The notes under the pieces were generated by a model. The model saw only the letters and a list, made by a program, of their open reading frames with translations. It had not been told where the DNA came from and did not search any database. 64,000 bases of DNA. It comes from Takakia lepidozioides (lineage: Eukaryota; Plantae; Bryophyta). Shown in pieces: positions 37,236 through 47,339 of the stretch (positions within the stretch are counted from its first letter, which is position 1; every line of letters begins with the position of its first letter). The stretch is from NCBI GenBank assembly GCA_030704615.1, contig CM060731.1:60264001-60328000 (forward strand), given 5' to 3'. Both the position numbers and the translations under genes were made by a program.

Positions 37236-38480
37236 CTAAGCCATCTTCATGTTCTTCTCTGGCCAAAGACAATTCAAACCAACGACATCCTCCAACATTG
37301 TTTGCGGTGGGACCTCTTCCTCGTTAAGGTGAGGCAAGACACAATTGGCAATATAGATATCATTTACCTCAACCCGCCACAATCCCTCAGGTATAACACG
37401 GCAGTGATATGTATCTTTGTCAGGCACACCAGTGACAATTCCACTGGCAGCCCTGTGTCGTGGTAAATGAGGATCATACAGGCTGATTTTGTCCTTCAAC
37501 TTAAACTGCACACAACACCCACCATAAAACCCACATTAATCAACCCATGAAGACATACATGTACATTGAAAACTAGATAATGAGCACCGCCCAGTATAAG
37601 CAATCACTGAAAGTGTAGAGTACTTTTGGTAGCATAAGAATATCTGCCACTGTGGCAGGGGGTTGCCTTTGAAGGCGCTGCAGGTGGTGCACTGTCAGTG
37701 GCAGTATCAAGAGCGGCTTTCTCAGCCTGCACACATCACGCCCAATACCCCTTAGCAGTTTTATTTAGCAATGCATCTACTAATAGTTTGAAGTACCCAA
37801 CATGTAAATGGCCACATTGTACAGAACTGATAGCCAACAGGTGCATGCATGCTCACCTCTAGTACGGAACTGCTGCATGGAGAGGTGCCTCCTGAAGGCC
37901 CACCTGACTCTTACTCCCGCTAGAACTTGGTGTTATGTCACCATTTGCATCAGTCAAGGACTTTGTGCCTTTGGCAGCAGTGGCTCTGGTTACACGCTCT
38001 CATTTTCGCATGTACTTCTTATCAGCTCCCTTCACGATGGTTGGGGCAGGGTCCTCTGCTTTAGTCCCCTTCTACATGCCAACAAAACAACAAGGTATAG
38101 TACATGAGTACGTCTTACCATACCTGATGCATAGAATTCATGGCACACACCAATAAATAGATCATTCATGAAATGTTTTAGAGTCAAAAACAGAAAGCCC
38201 AAGGACAGGAACCAAGACAAAGTCTTTGAGGACGTACCTCTTTCTGTGGGGAAATTGGCTTCACATGCTGATCTGCCAACCCCCTACTGTCACCCTTACC
38301 AGCACTCTCGGTGGAGCAGACGTCCTCACCAGCAGCCAATATTGCTGTCCCGCCAGCTCCACCTCCCTTCTTACGTGGCAATTTATCAGGAATTCCCTTG
38401 CGCCCCAATTTTACTTGGGTCACCACAAGGTCCTCAATGGCAGACGACTTTGGCTTTTCCCCAACCTCAAGAGGTTATCC
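37236..38480 (-). pseudogene. 3' exons of a second CACTA TnpA-like gene, cut by the element starting at 38507
   Basis: The last exon AASGIVTG...YHCRVIPEGLWRVEVNDIYIANCVLP......LEDVVGLNCLWP resembles the En/Spm TnpA C-terminal domain. Upstream low-complexity exons have GT-AG borders. Confidence 0.6.
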
Positions 38481-38873
38481 CTGCACCCAAGCAAAACACA
38501 CGTCTCCACTACAAAACGGAAGTGGTTACTTTACCACTATGACACGTCATAAGTGGTTGGTTTACCTCAGTGACACATCATTGACATGTCACAGTGGTTA
38601 ATTTACCACTGTGACTCGTCAGCTCACAGGTGGACCCGGACGTGAGTGGTTCGAACCACTGTCCTTAACCACCGGTGCCACGTAATGTCTTTTACCACTC
38701 ACTTGTCCTAATGCACTGGTTCTTCATCACTCTGGGGCCAGAGTGGTTTAGTGTCTTTTACCACTCAAAGTGAGTGGTTAACAGAGTAGTTATTCTGCGT
38801 TTTTCTTCTAGTGGTATTTACAGACGTAGGTTTGTCGAGGGCCTGGAGTATTTTTCTAGGTCTTCTGCACGCA

Positions 38874-41800
38874 ATGGGGAACGACATTCGCAAGAAGCGA
38901 GCACTACAAGAAGCATCAAAGCCAAAGAAGGGAAAATGCAAGTCGTCGGCAGCTGGCAATGATGACAATGAGGCCGGGACTTCCGAGGAAAGAAGAAACA
39001 GAAGGAGGATCAGGATCCAGCATTGATGTCAGATAATAAGACACCTAAAGCTGGGGAGATTTTTGACAAGGAAAAATGCGAGAAGATGGAGGAGAGGCTC
39101 ACGAAGGAATACAATGATGTATTTCCATTCGGATTCGAGAGTACCTTCCTTGTGAAGGTTTCCATGATGGAACTAGCTCCAAGGAGCATGGTTTACATGC
39201 CGTTAAATATCAAGCATAAGGACGAAGTGAAAGCGCAACTCTTCCAACTTCATTTGTTCGACTCCAAACATCCGGTGTATCTTGCGCCAATCAACCCTTC
39301 CAATCCCGAGAAGATTGCTTCATCGCGACCGAAGCAATGGAAGGAGATGGACGTATCAAGGTTCTTCGTAATTGGTGGACAACACACCATCGTGGCAGCA
39401 AAGGTAATGGACTTCATTTCCTCCTAGACCTCTCTTTTAACGAACCTCCACTGGGCAGTGGAGGTTGGCGTTGAACTACAAAATTGGATATGTCCCCACA
39501 CTTTCAACTCTCTCACCCTTTTTACATTAACTGTAGCAGGAACTTCTCGAGGATCTTGCCGACAACGAACTGAAGGAGTACTACCGGGAGTGGCCTGCGA
39601 AGATTGTATGGTCTACCGATGAACAAAGGCTCCTTAAGTTGTCAAAGCTCCTCAACGATCCCAATAAGGCGCAAAAGTTTGATACAACAATGCCGGAGAA
39701 AGTTGTGCATGCGCGAATGTTATTCAACCTGAGGGGGAAGCCAAAGAAATACAACGATCACACCACCAAGTCCGAGACGAAACAATGGAAGGTATGCATT
39801 TATGGAATCAAAATCTACTATTCACATTCATTTTATGCTAAAGAATACTTCTGTTGTCGGAGTGACAACTAATTTATCCCTGAATGAATGTGCAGGACTT
39901 CATGTTTGCCTGTCATTTGATACTAGAAATGGGTAGCATTAAGGAGGCAATGGTCCTGGTACTTTGTGACGACGCCGTTTGGAAGATATGGGAAGATGTT
40001 TTCAAAAACTGAGAGCAGGGAAAGCTACTCGACCCGCTTGGGATACAGTACAAGGGTGAACAGCAACAACTCACGAAATCTGCTATCGCAAAGCTGCAAG
40101 GGTTGAACAGATGGCAGCTGATAAAAGTTGCGCAGAAAATCCTGGACCTAAAATTGACCATTCGAGATTACAAAGGTCAAGACAAATCAATTCAAGGCAT
40201 GAACAAGTACATAGACGACATGAAAATGCGCCGGTTTATTGTCGACGATGTGATGGAAGTGTTGGGGTGGCCTCGGAAGAGCAAATAGTGCACGGAACCG
40301 TACACTAAGGACGAGTGGCGTGAAGTGAAGAGAAAGTACCACTTCAATAAAGCAGAGTTCTCAACATTTAAAGACAAATTGGGGACAGATTACATCCAAA
40401 GCAAGATCAAGATGAACATGGAGACAAAACCACTCACGGCCGTTTTTGTTAAGTACGTCTCCTCCATCAAGAAAGCTTATGAGGATAGAGAGGATGCCAT
40501 GGCAATTATTTCAGCGAGTTTCAAGACTCATTACGCTATCATGGGTGGAGAAACAAAATTCGCCGATGTCAAGTCCCGTCTGCGACTCGCACCGAAGAAA
40601 CGGTTTGACAACATAGCGATGGTGTTCGTCAATACAGTTTCTGAAGACGACTCTATCGTATTTGAATCCAACGATTATGTGAACATACTGGAGGCCTTTG
40701 TGGCTCAGAAAATGAACATGAGTGCTTTTGTTTTCTTCTCGACGCAACCGTCCTCAGCCAATCTGGTCTCCTACATCCAAAATGGTCCCGGAAGAACAAC
40801 GTATCTTGTCTGTCAGGGATTTTATGTTCCGGGAGAGTATGAAAATATTTACAAAAACAGCACGAAGAATTTCTCTCGGACTGTACTGTGCCTGGACTAT
40901 GTTTTTTCAGCGACACCTGAGGAGATGCAGAATCCGGACGAGCACATCTCCACCATACTGTTAATCGAGCCAATACAGCCGATTCTGGAAGGGCCCTCTG
41001 AGAAGCCATCAACTTTTGAAGAAGAGTGCAAGACTTATAATCATGAGCTACGAGCTGACACATACGACTATTTGGCCTCCCTGTTTTGTCGAGACGGGAT
41101 GTCCGTTGTCAACATCTTCGGAGGCGTGATGTTGACGTACGCCCTTCATGTAAGTGTAAAACCTTTTTGCATTTTAAATACGAATTTTACATTTTTGATC
41201 AAACACGTCCTCTGTTTTACTGACTGGGTTTATCTGCAAGCAAGAAACATTCGGGTGCTTGACATCAACCACTCAACCAAGAAAAAGTTTTGCAAAGGAA
41301 AAGTTGAAGCGAATTGTAAGAAGCTTCAAATTGAGAATGACAATGTTGCTGAAGAGGTTGACGGCGGAGATGATGATGAGGATGAGGAGGAGGAAGATGA
41401 AGACTTGGAAGAAGGAGGCGGACATTCCGAACACGTAGAGGAGGACGAGGGCATCGATGATAACGGGGACAACGAGGGCCACGATGGTGACAATGCAGAC
41501 CGTTGGGAGGCTGGACACCTAGATGTGATTCAGGACTTCAAAACACAGTCACAGGATGGTATTGAGAACATCACCCATGACGTTACGGTCCACAATGTCG
41601 TGATTCTGGATGGGGATTTGTCGAGTTCAAGCGAGAGAACTAAGAGTAATCCTGCTTCACCATCAAGGGGTGCGGAGGTGAGCTCAATCGAGGTGCGCGA
41701 CAATTTTATTGGGAGTGCAGACGTCTGGTTCAAACCTGTAGAAGGGGATAAGCCGGCGCCAATGTCCCCGTCTCCCACAAAAGAGAGGGTAGAGAGAGCG

Positions 41801-44153
41801 AGGCCAACGAGCCCGTGTCCCACAAAAGACAGCGGACACAGAGGGAGGACTAAGAGCCCGTCCCCCGCAAAAATGGACAGTGGTGACAGAGCCAGGACTA
41901 TAAGCCCGTCTCCAAGAAAAAACAGCGGAGGCAGAGGCCGAACTCAGAGCCCAACTCGCTCTCAAAGTGTCTCCCAGCATGTCAATTTGGATGCAGGTAA
42001 CGAATGACACTTGGAGATTTATGGTGTTTTTAAGCATTATAAATGGAACAAATTGTGTGTATTGCATCTGGTTGTGTTCTGGTTGTGTTTTTGGCAATAC
42101 CTGATCTGTATCTTAATATTTCCCACCTTCTTGAACTTTACATGTGACTGACGGTAAGAAAACTCGTATAGATCCATGAACGGAAATTGGAGGAAATCAC
42201 ACAAACCCGGACAGAATCCATCGCGACTCAAACAGTGAGGAGGCAGGTGGACTTAACAATAAGGGCCAGCCCAACTGATCCGGTCAAACAAACAACCTCC
42301 ACTGCCTAGTCGACGTTGCGAGATGGAGGAAATGAGCCGGAGATGGTCGTTGCTCACCGCGAAGGAAAAGAGAGCGAGCAGCAACATCAGCAAATTCGGA
42401 ACCCCTCCCCGAAACGGGTATACACCTCATAACCATCTTAGCTATGTTTTTCTTTGTCCTTCTTCTAGTTTTCAAAATAAATTAATTGTTCTGTTATTCC
42501 ACAAGATGATATGATTCACCCTCCAATCGACTATCACAAATCTGTGAACCCACAGGATTGGTATCGCCTCTCTGAGGGACCGAAAGGATCTCGACTAGGA
42601 TACTACGTCCTGGTTCTTGACGTCGGTTACCTTGGTGAGGTTTACCTCCGAGATGGCCCCACATCCCCTCCCGCAACCCATCCTTGTGTGTGCGCTGGAA
42701 AATTCAAGCTTGTAGTCCGAAATGGGTTGGACGACTTCCTGAAATGGGTCCTTAAGCATTTTGAGGTCTACTTTTGGAACACTAGACCGTTAGAAAATGT
42801 CCTGGATATAAGGCTGGCTTTGTTTAGAAGAAGGTTTTACGAGGTCAGGGAATTCAGCAATGAGAACTGCATGAAGCATAGACAGACGTTCAGTGCCGAA
42901 TGGCCCAAATATCCGAAAGCGCCAATATATCTTAAACGTCTCTACGACCTTTTCACTATAGACGACCCTGTAGCGTACAAATCAAACACACTTCTTATCG
43001 ACACTGTAGAAAATATGTATAAGTCGTACTTGAACCCAAAGTCGCTCGGTATCTTCCTTCCAAAATATAAAGCGCTCGTCGACCCATACAAGGACAGGTT
43101 TCTTCTTGATGAACTCAAACCGCACCTGGAAGAGTTGCGGTAATCCGGAAAAGACGATGATATATTCAACGTGGAAAAACCCATAGGATGTCCACTGTAT
43201 AATGACCCAAAGGTCAAATGCCTCTTGCTATGGGATTTACAGTGACAGGTTTATCTTAGAAAACAAAAATTTCCTGACGCTTCATTGGAACAGTTTGAAA
43301 CGTAGATGGCTGCTTTAGATTTTCATGAACCTCGACTGTCCAGTGGACGTTGCTCCCAATGTCAATCCTGTCCTTGGTTTATCTTGATTACCACCTGAGT
43401 GGATGTATGAATTTCTCACAGATTGCAGCACCAATTTCTCCAGTTGCGAAAGGATTGCGCTTGATAATTTTTGACCTGAATGAAGTTTTGTGTAAAGTCT
43501 TGAAGCACCAGAAGAGCTATAGTGTCCCCCAAATGTCCAAGACAGACTACACGATACCAGCTCTTGTTGGATTTCGACTTGTCTATAGGCGGGAAAAATA
43601 TCGTGAGATGTGGACAGAGTTGAACAAACATTTCCGTCTAGGTATATGGAGCTGCATGATGTACAAGAACTTGCAGCCTATACTGGACTTTATGCTTCGG
43701 GGTCTCCCTCAGCCGACATTCGTTATGTCTCAGGAAGATTGTATCTCCTGTCCTACTTCTATCCACCCTCAATTTATATCAGGATACGACCCGCCGAGTC
43801 TGTTCTTGAAGCCATTGATGACGGTCTGACAAAGATTTGGTGGTCAGTACAACCTAAGTAACACTCTACTTATTGACAATTCAGCTATTTAGTGTGTGTT
43901 GAACCCGCCTGAATCCTGCCTGACTCTAAAATCGTTTGAATCCGTTGAGACGGACTCTTGCTATCTCCAGAAGGTTCTTCAGAAATATTTGCTTGAAATG
44001 AAGAAATCTCACACCGTTTCCAGTTATCTCAGGGAAAAGAGGATAGGACTTAAGCCTTGTCAGATTGTTTCCACCGATCCCAAGTTTAAGCCTCTCCTGG
44101 ATTATGTTGATGATTCTAATTACGGGAATCTCCGATATGATGCTTCAAAATAA
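38874..44153 (+). pseudogene. Cargo gene A: ParB/Srx-like + beta-class DNA MTase-like + acidic + SP-repeat + two FCP1/SCP-like (HAD) domains
   Basis: Exons ~38874-39403, 39540-39791, 39896-41149, 41240-41996, ~42170-42417, ~42505-43348 and 43422-44153. Motifs: FFVIGGQHTIVAAK; HELRADTYDYLASLFCRDGMSVVNIFGG; VLVLDVG..VVRNGLDDFL..NTLLID; LIIFDLNEVL..GIWSC..NTLLIDNS. Several in-frame stops and one early frameshift. Fusion of all exons into one gene is inferred. Confidence 0.6.
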
Positions 44154-44165
44154 AGATTTTATTGA

Positions 44166-46900
44166 TCAACCACGTCTGTGATTCAATGTTTGAAGAAGAG
44201 GGTCGTGCAATTGAAGGGAAGCCAAGTGCCTGGATGATGCTTCACCGTCGATGACAGAAATCTCAACAGTAGTGTGAACGTTGTCCCTCTGTAAACGAAT
44301 TTCTAATATGGAGGATTCCAATGGAGGTCCCGACAATAAGTTGGCATCAGCAGCATCGCCATGAATCTGCAGAAACAAACTTACTAGGTCAATGTACAGA
44401 CACGGGATAACCTCCACTGCACAGTGGAGGTTGTCGGATTTGAAAAAGCCCCCGAGACGAGTTTCGGAGAAGGCCTGTATCTCAGAGGATCGGGATGGTA
44501 TGGGGTGGAAAAACGCTTGGATGAGACTAGGAAATAGCTTGGCATATGGATATGTTGAGGTAAGAGTGCAAATGCAACTGCAAAAGAATTGGAAAATCAA
44601 ATTATGAACAAACAAGATAAGAGTGGGATCCACGTGCCTACCAAGGTAATCAGGTTCCTTTTGTTGTGGGATCCAAATACGAGGATCAAGATATCTTCCA
44701 TACCAGGCCCAGCAGGCATGGTCTCGACCAATAGGCTTATGAGACCACTTTGTCCGGTTCTCGCTAATGTAATCAATAACTGTTGAAGCTCCAGCCATCT
44801 CCGATATATATGACCACACTGCTTTTGTCATATCATCCCGGTCATGCAATCCGTTTGGTGAAGGTTTGAATGAGAAAGGGAAGAATCCAGTATTTTGTGG
44901 GTTTCGCAGGCCTTTTGATGGCTCATCATCTACAAGAAGTATTTGCCCCTGCGTAGCAAACGGTCTACCAGGGTACCTGACAATAACATTTTGAATATCA
45001 TTCACGAGATATTTCATCCCGGGCCTGATATAACCGGTGGTATCCTTACAATCCTCAGCAGACCATATGAAGCAAAACTTCTTTGCTAGTTTTGTGGGGA
45101 CGAAACTCTCCGACATCCTACAAAGAGCACCTCTATCAGCACATGACCAAATGGCAACGTGAAAATGCTTCAATGCAAGGTCCAGAAACTCCAAGACTCC
45201 AGGCCGAGGCACCACAAATGGTCTGTCAGGAACTTGAAGTGTCACATTCCTGAAACGAAATTTCTCCTTAAACAGTTCACCGTCGGTTGGGGGTGGCCGG
45301 TAGCAGAGGAGTCCATTGACACTCAAAATTAACAACATCCGTTTCCTCTTCCCCGCTGTTGCATGTAAAGGATGAGAGACAAAGTTATCCTGAGCAGGTT
45401 AATCACACACTGACATTAGTGTTTCTGCCATGAAAAATACCCACGACCCAGAATGATTGAGTGTATGGAAGATCAACACGATTGTGCAAAAAATGGCAAA
45501 AAATGTTGTGGGCTTGGAATGTTTCATGAGGAGGGTGAATATTGCTAAGAAGAGGAACGTCGACTACCAAGTGGAGGTTCAGGAAAGTACCTTGTACGGA
45601 GGGAAATTGATGAAGGTATCGTGCTGCATCCCCGCCTGTTGAGAAAAGATGGAGTTAATTAGTGCATAACCAAACGAACAGAAAAATAAATAAATAAAAT
45701 AAAATAAAATGGAGAAATGATATTGAATAATACCGATGTCGCCTTATTGGAAAGTCTCGCTGGCGGACTTGGCATCCCAATGGACGTGTTTTGACGATAC
45801 CCCGGTATGTCCGAGGTATTCCTTTTCTTCCTCGAGTCTGCTTTGTCTCTGACGAAGGACTTCTCTCCGGTGGAACTGATTTGTAGAAGAGATGGAAATG
45901 GTTTGGGGGCCCTATTCCGCTTATTTGGTGCAGAACATTGCGCCAACACTGCAGGGGGGAAGCCCAGAAGTTGCAATTGAAGTTTCGTCCTTGTCCTCGT
46001 TGAAAGGGTTTCGGAGAAGGGGAACGGAATGTAAATTGTCCCTTGAGCACTCCACATCCTGAATGGAATTCACACGTAACGAAGGGATTACCTCATAACG
46101 GATTTCCAATGAAGACGTCGTTTGACAGGAAGGTCACAATCCGCAGATTTTCTGGCTTGGAGTAAAACAAGAACATCAGACCCAGTACTAAGGAAAACAA
46201 AAGGACGAGTTAGAATTCAGATATAAGTAATTTTACCTGACTCCTTCTAATTTGGGCTGTCCAACCTTCGTGCTGGGGAGAGAAAGAGAGAAAAGAGGCA
46301 ACGTTGTGCTACGGAGCCGCGTCCTCAACGGATGACATTCTCGAGGTAGATTTCACACCATTGACACTTAACACGGAGGGTGAGGATTGTAGAGTGAGGT
46401 CCACGAAATCCCCTGCACATTTGTCAAGTTGTCTTCCATCTGCGACATTCAATCCTAAACAATCCTGCAACAGAATATCATTTTCAGGATTTGGGCCTAA
46501 CATTTGTCATTTCCATCGCCTCTCCCCAGTTACATTCAAGGAACGAATTCTAAAAGAGGAACAAGAGCTGCGTGATTGGGAAGAATGGCGGACGTGCCGG
46601 GAGGCTTCAAGGGCATCAAGTAGAGTTGGCAGTAACATTTCAGATGACAATGTCAGCCGGTTTCACCTTCCTGAAAGTATCTCCGTGTCCTCTGGAGCGG
46701 AGACCATTGCAAGTGGTTGTGGTAACCGGAGGCGTCTTCAGACACATGCCTTGACTGCGAGCCGTTTGGGAGGAGGCTCAGTATTATTAATGAGTTAGTA
46801 TAAGCCGTAACGGTTCTATGCCTTCAGAATCTATGGCTTGTATGGCATTAAGTCCATGAACGGATGGACAATTGACGTTCATTTTTTTGTTGGTCCATCG
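44166..46900 (-). pseudogene. Cargo gene B: low-complexity N-terminus and an FCP1/SCP-like (HAD) domain
   Basis: LLILSVNGLL...VVPRPGVLEFLDLALKHFHVAIWS...FIWSAEDC...ILLVDDEPSKGLRNP (44800-45345). Upstream exons at ~45740-46150 and ~46240-46900 contain stops. Confidence 0.7.
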
Positions 46901-47339
46901 CCTTGAATGATATAATCTCAAATAAAATATGAATGTTTCATATCATCAATCGGGTCCCAACAGACTCGTTTTTCCATGTTGTCCTCTCCATCATTGTTTC
47001 ATATTTGGTTCTGCCATTATTCCATGTTTGTTTTTGTATGTCATTTTGGATATCGGAGCTCTCATCATTGTTTGATTCATTGCATCCTCCCATTCCTTTT
47101 AATGAACGTCAACTTGGCAGTGGATGTTCATCTAAGACCACAATACATACTTGTATTTTTGCGTAGAATGTGTGGAGGATTACATAATTTGTTGTTATAT
47201 AGTGCACAAATAGTCAAATAATTAGAGATATATCTATTTATTTCTATTATAGATTATAATTATTCATATATCTTGTATTATTTCTGGACCAAACAAAAGT
47301 CCAGAATTAGTTAAAATATAGTTACAAGCTTAACCGGAG

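Noticed and set aside
42511-45338. Calling the HAD domains TIM50 or CPL/FCP1 orthologues
   Set aside because: No presequence/TM or BRCT/dsRBD context, degenerate motifs and a transposon setting. Only fold-level similarity is supportable.
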